A DNA stretch of 64,000 nucleotides, from contig CBDCNP010000002.1 of NCBI GenBank assembly GCA_965219415.1, positions 2,272,001 through 2,336,000 of the forward strand, given 5' to 3'. Position numbers and translations under genes: made by a program. The stretch is from Candidatus Marinacidobacterales bacterium. Its GTDB lineage: Bacteria; Acidobacteriota; Vicinamibacteria; Marinacidobacterales; DATDRI01. This document shows, piece after piece, positions 19,587 through 28,405 of the stretch. A model generated the notes under the pieces. The model worked only from the letters and a program-made list of their open reading frames with translations, did no database searches and was not told the DNA's origin. How positions within the stretch are numbered: the first letter of the stretch is position 1; each line of letters opens with the position of its first letter.

Positions 19587-20232
19587 CGCTGGGTTTGCGC
19601 TCCGACGAAGTGGAACGCTTCTCGCCGTTTTCGCCCTTGCCCCCACGCCTTCGCCGCCAAGGCCTTCGTCCGCCACGCGAACGACGCCGAGAAGCATCTT
19701 GGCTATTCTCGTCCTTGGACGCCGTCAAGTCCTCGAGGACCTTCTCGCGACGGCCCTGGAACTCGACCTTGGCTCCGGTCGCCCGATTGCGCGCCTTGAG
19801 GTTGGTGAGCTCCAAGTTCATCTTCGTTAGCTCCGCGGCCATGCTGTGAAGCAGCTGAACGTAGTACCGGTTGAGATCGGCCTGCCGCGAGAGCGCGCTG
19901 ATGATGGGATTGGGGTTGAAAAACAATTTAAGGAGCGGGTTCAAGACGCTCCGTGCCATCCGGATCAGTCGTCCAGAGATTCCGCGCGACGACTGGTAGA
20001 TCGTCTCCGGGCCGAAGGTGTAGTTCCATTGCTCGTCGCGAGCACGGAAAGCGGCCACGAAATCGCTGTTGAACTGACTGGCGTCGAGGACGGAGTCGAG
20101 CTTCATCTCCGCGATCTCACGAACCTCGTCCTCGGTATAGAGACCCTTTCGTTTTTCTTCGATTCGGGAGCGGATGGTGGCCATGACGGCCTCGACATCG
20201 ATATCGCCACCCTTAATGCTGAAGGTAGACAT
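19579..20232 (-). CDS. Hypothetical coiled-coil protein with Arg-rich tail
   Basis: AAGGAGG RBS; IDVEAVMATIRSRI, amphipathic RLIRMARSVLNPLLKLFF, heptads, RRRSRGGRRPWRRRR. Confidence 0.75.
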   Translation of the reverse strand: MSTFSIKGGDIDVEAVMATIRSRIEEKRKGLYTEDEVREIAEMKLDSVLDASQFNSDFVAAFRARDEQWNYTFGPETIYQSSRGISGRLIRMARSVLNPLLKLFFNPNPIISALSRQADLNRYYVQLLHSMAAELTKMNLELTNLKARNRATGAKVEFQGRREKVLEDLTASKDENSQDASRRRSRGGRRPWRRRRGGKGENGEKRSTSSERKPSGD

Positions 20233-20310
20233 ATTCCTCCTTGGCGAACCCAAGCGTATAGATCGATCGCTCGGTTGTTGTGGTTCTGGCTAGCCAGTTA
20301 GGAGGGAGTC

Positions 20311-21213
20311 TTAGCCTGGTTCTCCGAAGTGATAAATGATGGCGATGACAGCGACAGTCCAAAGGCCTACCGCCGCGAGAAGCGGTCGATCGTTGATTAG
20401 CACGAGCGAAGGGTTTCCACCTTCATCCCGCTGGTGGACTAAGTACAGGTATCGAAAAATCCCGTACAAGACGAATGGCAAAGTCCAAACCAAGCGGTCC
20501 GTGCCGAACTTGAAAACCGTTTCTGGCGACTGGGTGTATAGGGCATAGGACAACAAAGTCGAAGCGGTCACCACGGCGATCATCTGGTCCAAAAGAGAAA
20601 GGCTATACTCCCCCAGGATCCTCCTGTGCCCGGCCGCCCCATCTGCCAGCAACAAAAGCTCATGACGACGCTTGGTTAGGGCTAAGAACAGCGCGAGCAA
20701 CATAGTACAAACGAGTAGCCAATTACTGAAGGCGACGCCGATCGCCACCGCGCCGGCGATCGCCCTCAAGACAAATCCAAAAGAAAGTGTGAGAACGTCC
20801 AGAATGACCACGTTCTTCAAGAACAACGTGTAGCAAACCATCAGCGCGAAATAACTGAAAGCGGTCACCCCGAAGGAGGCTTCGAGTGCGAAACTCCCCG
20901 CCAGTCCCCCCACTACCAATATCGCGGCCGCACCTTGCGCCAGCCCCGGCGACAGTCGTCCGGAGGCGAGAGGTCGCTGGCGTTTGACCGGATGGAGCCG
21001 ATCTTGTTCGAGATCGACCAGGTCGTTGATCAGGTAAACGGCGCCGGAAAGTACACAAAACAGCAGAAACGCTTCGAGTGCCGCAACGAGCGACGGCACA
21101 TGAAACAGCTGGCGAGCGAAGATCAGAGCCGCCAATACGACTAGATTCTTCGACCACTGATGAGGACGAAGTGCTAGGAGAAGATAGTAAAGCTCGGGGC
21201 CATGGGATGCCAA
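20311..21213 (-). CDS. UbiA-family polyprenyl-phosphate phosphoribosyltransferase (DPPR synthase-like)
   Basis: LRPHQWSKN, YLINDLVD..DRLHPVKRQRPLASG, KRRHE, YGIFRY. Confidence 0.88.
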   Translation of the reverse strand: MASHGPELYYLLLALRPHQWSKNLVVLAALIFARQLFHVPSLVAALEAFLLFCVLSGAVYLINDLVDLEQDRLHPVKRQRPLASGRLSPGLAQGAAAILVVGGLAGSFALEASFGVTAFSYFALMVCYTLFLKNVVILDVLTLSFGFVLRAIAGAVAIGVAFSNWLLVCTMLLALFLALTKRRHELLLLADGAAGHRRILGEYSLSLLDQMIAVVTASTLLSYALYTQSPETVFKFGTDRLVWTLPFVLYGIFRYLYLVHQRDEGGNPSLVLINDRPLLAAVGLWTVAVIAIIYHFGEPG

Positions 21214-21296
21214 AGCACCTTCCGGCTTTCCCTCGGTTATCGGCTGCTCTTCGGGAATCTTCGTTGGCTTCTGGATATTTCGGTAAGCTTGCTCGC

Positions 21297-21632
21297 TCAG
21301 AAACTCTGGACGGCCTTCTCCTCATCGTCGTAGGTCTCGAAGACAGTCAGCAATTTCGTAATGGAGAGAAGGTCCTGGATGCGCTTCGTCAAGTGCAGGA
21401 GCTTCAGCTTCCCGTTCTTGCGGCTCGCCGTCGTGTAGCAGCGCACGATCTCACCGAGACCCGCACTGTCCACATAGGGCACATCGGCAAGATTGAGCAC
21501 GATCTTGGACTTCCCGCCCTCGACCAGGCTATTGATCTTCTCGCGCAGTAGCTCGTCACCCTCTCCGATGAGCATTTTGCCCTTCAGGTCCAGGACGGTG
21601 ACTTCGCCAACGGTTCTTTCCTCAATCTTCAT
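21297..21632 (-). CDS. STAS-domain anti-sigma factor antagonist
   Basis: VLNLADVPYVDSAGLG motif. Confidence 0.9.
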   Translation of the reverse strand: MKIEERTVGEVTVLDLKGKMLIGEGDELLREKINSLVEGGKSKIVLNLADVPYVDSAGLGEIVRCYTTASRKNGKLKLLHLTKRIQDLLSITKLLTVFETYDDEEKAVQSF

Positions 21633-21753
21633 GATAAGAACTCGCCTCTTGCCAATGGGTCCGAGAGAAACTTCGGCCGTAAAAGCCTGTAAGTGTTATC
21701 ACGAAAGGCGAAGTAGTGTCAAGCATACGGCACTATGTTAGACTCGCCCACCG

Positions 21754-22746
21754 ATGGAATACCCCTTTGTCGACCGGCTCCGGGAGCGCGCCCGGGCCTC
21801 TCGAAAGCGGATCGCCTTCCCCGAGGCGACCGAGCCCCGGACCCTCAAGGCCGCTCGCACGATGGAGGACGAAGCCGTCGTCTGGCCGGTCCTGGTCGGC
21901 GACCCCGACAAGGTCAGCCGCGCCGCGGATCAGGCCGGTATCTCACTCAAGGGAATAGAGATTCGCTCCCCCATCGAAGAGGGTGATCTCGAGGTTTTCG
22001 CCGAGCGCTACCACCAAAAGTCCCGCCACAAAGGCATTTCCGAAGACGAGGCGCGCCAAGTCGTGGCCGACCCGATGTACTTCGCGGCCTGCATGGTCCA
22101 GTCGGACGATGCCGCAGGCTACGTCGCCGGCGCCCACCACACCACCGCGGAGACCGTGCGCCCCGCCATCCGGGTTCTCGGAACGCAGTCGGGCGTCAAG
22201 TGGGTCTCGAGCTTCTTCCTCATGGTGCTTCCGGCCGGCAAAGGAGAATATATCTTCGCCGACTGCGGTGTGATTCCCGATCCCGATACCAACCAGCTCG
22301 TCGAAATCGCCCAGCTGGCGGCGGCTAACTCCCGGCTCTTCTTGGAGGCCGAGCCGCTGGTGGCGCTCCTTTCGTTCTCGACGAAGGGCAGCGCCCGTCA
22401 TCCCATGCTCACCAAGATCACCGAGGCCGCCGAGACACTTCGAGAGAGGTCTCCAAGGTTGGCGAGTGATGGAGAGCTTCAGGGGGATGCGGCCCTGGTC
22501 GCCGAGGTTGCGGCGAGCAAGGCCCCGGGCAGTCGTGTAGCCGGGAAGGCTAATACCCTCGTATTTCCAGATCTCAACTCAGGGAATATCGCCTACAAGC
22601 TGGTAGAACGACTAGCCGATGCGCTCGCGCTGGGCCCCATTTTGCAGGGCCTGGCCAAACCGGCCAACGACCTCTCCCGAGGTTGCAGCGTCGAGGACAT
22701 CGTAAACGTGGCGGCCATCACTTCGATACAGGCCGATCGAAGGTAG
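21754..22746 (+). CDS. pta: Phosphate acetyltransferase
   Basis: [46 protein letters not shown]. Confidence 0.93.
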   Translation: MEYPFVDRLRERARASRKRIAFPEATEPRTLKAARTMEDEAVVWPVLVGDPDKVSRAADQAGISLKGIEIRSPIEEGDLEVFAERYHQKSRHKGISEDEARQVVADPMYFAACMVQSDDAAGYVAGAHHTTAETVRPAIRVLGTQSGVKWVSSFFLMVLPAGKGEYIFADCGVIPDPDTNQLVEIAQLAAANSRLFLEAEPLVALLSFSTKGSARHPMLTKITEAAETLRERSPRLASDGELQGDAALVAEVAASKAPGSRVAGKANTLVFPDLNSGNIAYKLVERLADALALGPILQGLAKPANDLSRGCSVEDIVNVAAITSIQADRR

Positions 22747-22759
22747 GGCCAGGCTTTTG

Positions 22760-22960
22760 CTAGTCGCCGTGCTCGCGGCGCATCTTCTTCCTCTGCCGCT
22801 TTCGCGCCAGCGCTTGCTTCGCGCGACGCTTATCGCCTGGCTTCAGATAAAAGGAGTGTCTCTTGATCTCCTTGATGATGTCTTCCTGTTGAACTCTTCT
22901 CTTGAACCGGCGCAGAGCACTTTCTATCGACTCATTCTCTTGAATTCTGACTTCGGCCAC
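22760..22960 (-). CDS. rpsU: 30S ribosomal protein S21
   Basis: ESIESALRRFKR...FYLKPG; GTG start with AAGGGGG RBS. Confidence 0.95.
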   Translation of the reverse strand: MAEVRIQENESIESALRRFKRRVQQEDIIKEIKRHSFYLKPGDKRRAKQALARKRQRKKMRREHGD

Positions 22961-23011
22961 GCATAAACACCCCCCTTACATTCAATTTTGGACCCTTCGG
23001 CCGAATTATCC

Positions 23012-23041
23012 ATCATAAAGGCGGGGGGCTATGGTTGTCAA
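23012..23041 (-). promoter_or_regulatory. Sigma70-type promoter for rpsU
   Basis: TTGACA-18 nt-TATGAT on minus strand. Confidence 0.6.
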
Positions 23042-23099
23042 GTCCTTATTTATAAGTAAATTGCGGGCGTTGAGGGCTTCTCACCCCTACTTGTATCTC

Positions 23100-23129
23100 T
23101 TGACACTCCGACAACCAGCGTGGGATAAT
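23100..23129 (+). promoter_or_regulatory. Sigma70-type promoter for purD-purE
   Basis: TTGACA-18 nt-GATAAT with extended -10 TG. Confidence 0.6.
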
Positions 23130-23175
23130 CGGCCCTCAGAATGGGGCCTAACTCTCTCAAAAAGAAGGTCTTGAA

Positions 23176-24483
23176 GTGAGAGTTCTCGTCGTCGGCGGAG
23201 GCGGCCGAGAGCACGCCCTCGTCTGGAAGCTCAAACAGAGCCCCCTCCTGACCGAGATCTACTGCGCGCCCGGAAATCCCGGAATCGCGGCCCTGGCCGA
23301 CTGCGTGGACATCGATCCCTCAGACATCGTCGAGCTCGCTGATTTCGCCGAGAAACTTTCCATCGGTTTGACCATCGTCGGTCCCGAGCTACCGCTCATG
23401 CTGGGCCTCGCCGACGAGTTCGAAAAACGAGGGCTACCCGTCTTCGGTCCCAGCCGCCTCGCCGCGGAGCTCGAGGGAAGCAAGGCGTTCGCCAAAGAGT
23501 TTATGGCGAAGCACGGCATTCCCACCGCGAAGTTCAAGGTCGTGAACGACGCCGACGAAGCCAAGTCTGTCATCAAAAAGGGCGAGATCGGCCTACCTCT
23601 CGTCATCAAGGCCGACGGGCTCGCCGGCGGCAAAGGCGTTGCGATCGTCGCCACCAAGAAGGAAGCCCTCTCGGAAGCGGACCGCTTGCTCACCGACAAG
23701 GCTCTTGGAACCGCAGGGAGCAAGGTCGTCCTCGAGGAATGTCTCGAAGGAGAAGAGGTCTCCTTCTTCGTCTTGTCAGACGGAGCCAAAGTCTTTCCGT
23801 TCGTCGCCGCCCAGGATCAAAAAAGAGCACTCGATAACGACGAGGGACCCAACACCGGGGGCATGGGCTGCGTCTGTCCGGCCACCATACTGAGAGCCGA
23901 AACCCTCAAGCGCATCATGCAAGAAATTGTGCTGCCTACGATCTCGAAGATGGCCGCCGACGGCCGGCGTTATCAGGGCGTTCTCTACTGCGGCTTGATG
24001 GTCACGAAAGACGGTCCGAAGGTCTTGGAGTACAACGTTCGTTTCGGAGATCCCGAGACCCAAGCCGTGCTCCCACGATACACCGAAGACCTGCTTCCTT
24101 TATTAAAGGAGGTGGCGGACGGGAAGCTGGGCCAGCATAAGCCGGAGTGGAGTCGCGACCCCGCCATCACCGTCATTCTTGCCTCCGGTGGCTACCCCGG
24201 AAGCTACGAGACCGGGAAGAAGATCGAGGGTGTGGATCCCGCCAAGGGGGTCGAGATCGACGAGGGCGTCCACGTCTTCCACGCCGGTACCAAGAAGGAT
24301 GGGGACGCTTTGGTAACCGGGGGCGGCCGAGTACTCGCGGTCACCGGCGTCGGTCAGAATCTCAAGGCCGCCATCGAGCGGACCTACAAGGCGGTCGACG
24401 GCATCAAGTTCGAAGGGATGCACTATCGAAAAGACATCGGCCAAAAAGCCTTGGCGCGCATGTCCGGCGAGGGGACGTCGTGA
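23176..24483 (+). CDS. purD: Phosphoribosylamine-glycine ligase
   Basis: [40 protein letters not shown]. Confidence 0.97.
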   Translation: MRVLVVGGGGREHALVWKLKQSPLLTEIYCAPGNPGIAALADCVDIDPSDIVELADFAEKLSIGLTIVGPELPLMLGLADEFEKRGLPVFGPSRLAAELEGSKAFAKEFMAKHGIPTAKFKVVNDADEAKSVIKKGEIGLPLVIKADGLAGGKGVAIVATKKEALSEADRLLTDKALGTAGSKVVLEECLEGEEVSFFVLSDGAKVFPFVAAQDQKRALDNDEGPNTGGMGCVCPATILRAETLKRIMQEIVLPTISKMAADGRRYQGVLYCGLMVTKDGPKVLEYNVRFGDPETQAVLPRYTEDLLPLLKEVADGKLGQHKPEWSRDPAITVILASGGYPGSYETGKKIEGVDPAKGVEIDEGVHVFHAGTKKDGDALVTGGGRVLAVTGVGQNLKAAIERTYKAVDGIKFEGMHYRKDIGQKALARMSGEGTS

Positions 24484-24983
24484 GCAAGCCTCTCGTCGGC
24501 ATCCTCATGGGAAGCGCCTCCGACGCCGAGGTCATGACCCAGGGAGCGGAAGTTCTTCGCGAGCTCGGCGTCCCCTACGAGATCGGAATTTACTCCGCGC
24601 ATCGGACTCCTGATCGCGTGGAGAAGTTCGCGTCACAGGCCGAAGAGCGCGGCATCCGCGTACTCATCGCCGGCGCCGGAGCCGCCGCTCACTTGGCTGG
24701 CGCCGTTGCCGCACGCACACATCTACCAGTCATTGGCGTGCCCCTCGCGGGGACTGCACTCTCTGGAATGGATGCCTTGTTGGCCACCGTCCAAATGCCC
24801 GCCGGCTTCCCCGTCGCCACCGTGGCGATCGGCAAGGCGGGAGCGATCAACGCCGCGTTACTCGCGGCACAGGTTCTGGCCCTCCAGGATCCCGATCTCC
24901 GCAAGCGCCTCGCCGAGTACCGCGAGCGCAAAGCGGCCGCAGCCGTCAAGGCCTCAGAAGAACTCTCCCAAAAAAACCAGTGA
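24480..24983 (+). CDS. purE: N5-CAIR mutase
   Basis: [33 protein letters not shown]. Confidence 0.96.
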   Translation: MSKPLVGILMGSASDAEVMTQGAEVLRELGVPYEIGIYSAHRTPDRVEKFASQAEERGIRVLIAGAGAAAHLAGAVAARTHLPVIGVPLAGTALSGMDALLATVQMPAGFPVATVAIGKAGAINAALLAAQVLALQDPDLRKRLAEYRERKAAAAVKASEELSQKNQ

Positions 24984-26807
24984 CCTGGTCGAGGGCGGTG
25001 GCTCTTTCTTGCGCCGCGGCGTTCTTCTCGACCTGTAGCAAGACCCCCGACGACAGCTATGAGGCCGGCGTTCCGTGGGAGCTCGCCGAGCACCGTGCCC
25101 AAACAATTTCCAATCTACGGTACGAAACCTCCCTCAACATTCCCGACGCGGCGGGTGAATCGATTCGAGGCAGCGAGAAGGTAACCTTCCACCTCAGCGA
25201 GGCGGATAGTCCGGTCGTTTTCGATTTCGCGCAGCCCGAAGAGAACGTTATCTCGGTTTTGGTTAACGGCCGTGCCGCCGACCACGAGGTGGCCAGTGAG
25301 CACTTGGTGATTCCCGCCGAGTCTTTTCACGCCGGCGAGAATGTGGTGGATATCGATTTCATCGCCGGCGACGGCTCCCTCAATCGCAACAACGACTTTC
25401 TCTACACACTCTTCGTACCCGACCGAGCACGGGTCGCGTTTCCCGTTTTCGATCAACCGAATCCAAAGGGTCGCCTCAAACTGAGCCTAGAAATTCCTTC
25501 TTCCTGGCGGGCGGTCTCGAACGGGAAACTCGAAAACCACGAAGTCGCCGGGGACCGAGCCGTCTTCCAGTTCGCCGAGACGAAGCCCATCAGCACATAC
25601 ATTTTCTCCTTCGTGGCGGGCCGTTTCGAGATGGAGACGGCGGAGCGAAACGGGCGGCAGATGCACATGTTCCACCGCGAGACCGATCGCGAGAAACTAG
25701 AACGGAACCGGGACGTTATCTTCGATCTCCACGCCGGCGCCCTGGAGTGGCTCGAGGATTACACGGGGATCTCGTACCCCTTCGAGAAATTCGATTTCGC
25801 CCTCATCCCTTCTTTTCAGTACGGAGGGATGGAGCATCCCGGAGCCATCAACTATCGCGCCGATGGTCTCCTTCTGGACGAGTCGGCCACCCAGAATGAG
25901 CTCTTAGGACGAGCCGGCGTCATCGCCCACGAGACGGCACACATGTGGTTCGGGAACCTCGTCACTATGGAATGGTTCAACGACGTCTGGATGAAAGAGG
26001 TCTTCTCGAACTTCATGGCTGCCAAGATCGTCAATCCCTCGTTTCCGGAGGTTGACCACGAGCTCCGCTTCCTGCTCACCCATTACCCCGGCGCCTACGG
26101 CGTCGACCGCACGGACGGAGCCAACGCCATTCGTCAAGAGCTCGAAAACCTCAGCCAGGCGGGCTCGGTGTATGGCGCCATCATCTATCAGAAGGCGCCG
26201 GTGGTGATGAAGCACCTCGAGCTTTTGCTTGGCGATGAGCGGTTCCGCGAAGGGGTACGGGAGTACCTGGATCGCCACCGATTCGCTAACGCCACGTGGC
26301 CCGACCTCATCCAAATCCTCGACGGAAAAAGCGAAGAGGATCTCGATGCCTGGAGCGAAGTCTGGGTCGAGGAGCCACGCCGGCCGACCATCACTACTGA
26401 TCTCGACAGCGAAGGCGGCGCGCTTCCAATTTGCACTCCCTTCTCTCTCCGCGGATCCAAAGATACGGAACCCATTCTTCGAGGGTTTGAAAGAGACCGA
26501 GAACCGCGAGCATGAGCCCTGGGTGTTGGACGCGGTCCGGTTCCTAAATCATCCCCTCCGCGCCGAGCAGGCCGAGCACTACATTCGCCCGAGCCTCGAT
26601 CTCCTCGAGGAGATCCAGCGCACCGGCGACATCTTCTTTCCCAAGGGATGGCTCGACGCGACCCTAGGAGGTCATAGCTCTCCCCGCGCCGCCGCCATCG
26701 TTCGCGACTTCCTAGACCAAAAGGCTGACCTACCGCCAAGGCTACGGCAGAAACTGCTTCAGTCGGCAGACCCCTTGTTTAGAGCCGCGAGCTTGGCAAA
26801 GCCCTAG
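24980..26807 (+). CDS. M1 aminopeptidase (lipoprotein-like) with apparent internal deletion and frame change at ~26415
   Basis: GGMEH, HETAH-x18-E zinc motif, IYQK; C-terminus [11 protein letters not shown] in another frame. Confidence 0.85.
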
Positions 26808-26812
26808 CTCCT

Positions 26813-26888
26813 CCGCAGCCTGTGAGCTACAACCGCAGCTCATGGCCCCACAGCCGCAACTCATGAGATAAAACCGCAATCTGTGAGC
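26813..26888. repeat. Four degenerate 20-21-bp direct repeats (CCGCA...TG(A/G)) in intergenic gap
   Basis: CCGCA cores at 26813, 26833, 26854, 26874. Confidence 0.55.
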
Positions 26889-26916
26889 CGCCGGGCTTCG
26901 GGAGATGTATTGATAC

Positions 26917-27345
26917 TTAGGGGAAAACAGTGTACCCAACCTTTCTGAAGTCGTCGTCAAAAGTAAAGGCCTCCCCGATCTGAAATCGGTCCATCGTTGC
27001 GAAGGATGTGCAGTCGGTGAAGGACAACAGCTGGTCGTCGTACTTCTTGAAAAGCTTCCAAGCGGCCTCGCGCGTCGCGTCGTCGATACTAACTAGCTTG
27101 ACCAGCCCGCTTCTCCTCAGGATGTCTCCCACTTTCACGGCCTGAGCGTGTCCCGCCCATCTCCGGAGCGCGGTGAGCGTCTCACCGAAGACGTCACTCG
27201 TAGTGAGCATCATCTTCCTGCCAGCTTGGAGTTTCTCCATGGCTTCGACCGCCGGTTCATGCCAGTCATCATCCCTCATGAAAATACCCACAAGAGCACT
27301 TGTATCGATGAGCACCCAGCGTCCGCTCTGTCGAGGACTCTTCAT
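26917..27345 (-). CDS. vapC: PIN-domain (VapC) toxin
   Basis: LIDTSA, E, LSFTDCTSF, FTFDDDF. Confidence 0.88.
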   Translation of the reverse strand: MKSPRQSGRWVLIDTSALVGIFMRDDDWHEPAVEAMEKLQAGRKMMLTTSDVFGETLTALRRWAGHAQAVKVGDILRRSGLVKLVSIDDATREAAWKLFKKYDDQLLSFTDCTSFATMDRFQIGEAFTFDDDFRKVGYTVFP

Positions 27346-27354
27346 GTTACGCAA

Positions 27355-27711
27355 TCAGTTTCGATCGTAAACGACGTCATCTTCCGATTGCCCGGGTTTA
27401 CGACGGCTGCGGGCGATGGAACCGATGTTCTTCACGAGCGGATCCGATTTCCACGCGGCCTCGATCGACTTCGCATCCACCACTTCGAAATACCATTCCC
27501 GACCTCGCTTCACACTGTCGACCGTGGTTCCCCGTTCACGAAGCTCGTTGATAATGCGAAACGCGGTAGCCGGGGAAACCCCGAGGGCCCGCGCGAGAGT
27601 CTTCGTCGTATGGCGTGCACTCGTCAGGTGAATATAGGCGTGTTCCAAAACCGCTGAGTTATTGTCCCTATCTCCTTGCGTCCCTCTCGAAGCCTTCTTT
27701 GTTGCAACCAT
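27355..27711 (-). CDS. Putative antitoxin, HTH domain plus VapB-like tail
   Basis: LARALGVSPATAFRIINEL HTH; DPLVKNIG...DDVVY tail; directly upstream of PIN gene. Confidence 0.7.
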   Translation of the reverse strand: MVATKKASRGTQGDRDNNSAVLEHAYIHLTSARHTTKTLARALGVSPATAFRIINELRERGTTVDSVKRGREWYFEVVDAKSIEAAWKSDPLVKNIGSIARSRRKPGQSEDDVVYDRN

Positions 27712-27718
27712 GATAATG

Positions 27719-27748
27719 ATATTATTATGACGACAATGTTATTGTCAA
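27719..27748 (-). promoter_or_regulatory. Promoter with palindromic operators, likely leaderless transcript
   Basis: TTGACA-18-TAATAT-7 nt-ATG; palindromes GACAAT-gtt-ATTGTC and ATAAT-gat-ATTAT. Confidence 0.65.
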
Positions 27749-27772
27749 GGAGATACTGACAGAGAACGGCGA

Positions 27773-28351
27773 TCACGCTCGTTCCGGCGCTTCCAGCGCT
27801 CGGCGGAGCCAGATCTTCGCCACTCTCCAATCCCGCTTGACGGTCGAAGGAGAAAGCCCGAGGACTTCAGCCGTTTCTTCGGTATCCAACCCACCGAAGT
27901 ATCTAAGCTCGACGATACGACACTGCCGGGGATCGATCTTCTCTAGCTCCGTGAGGGCTTCGTGAAGGGCAAGCACGTCAAGATCGTCTGCGTGGGTCGG
28001 CGTTCTTGCTTCATCGAACGTGATCCGGGTGACGCTGCCACCCCGTTTGGTCGCGCTGCGCTTCCGTGCATGCTCGACCAGAACGCGTCGCATCAGTTGT
28101 GCTGCGACCGCGAAGAAATGCGCCCGGTTCTGCCAGTGAACTTGGCGCGTGCCGAAAAGACGGAGGAAAGCCTCGTGGGTAAGGGCGGTGGGCTGGAGAG
28201 AATGTCTCGCTCTCTCGCCGCGAAGCTGATAGCGAGCCAGGCGACGAAGCTCGGAATAAACGACGGGAATCAGCTCGTCGAGCGCCTCGTCGTCGCCTTT
28301 CTTCCAAGCCACGAGTAGGCCAGTGATATCGGGTCGTTCCGGAGTGCTCAT
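27773..28351 (-). CDS. ECF sigma factor, Ser/Thr-kinase-associated type
   Basis: VYSELRRLA, LQPTALTHEAFLRL, WQNRAHFF, VELRYFGG, TVKRDW. Confidence 0.9.
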   Translation of the reverse strand: MSTPERPDITGLLVAWKKGDDEALDELIPVVYSELRRLARYQLRGERARHSLQPTALTHEAFLRLFGTRQVHWQNRAHFFAVAAQLMRRVLVEHARKRSATKRGGSVTRITFDEARTPTHADDLDVLALHEALTELEKIDPRQCRIVELRYFGGLDTEETAEVLGLSPSTVKRDWRVAKIWLRRALEAPERA

Positions 28352-28405
28352 AGGCTCGCGTGGAACACGTTCGAGCGCGAAAGACTACGTATGTTTCTAC
28401 CATAT

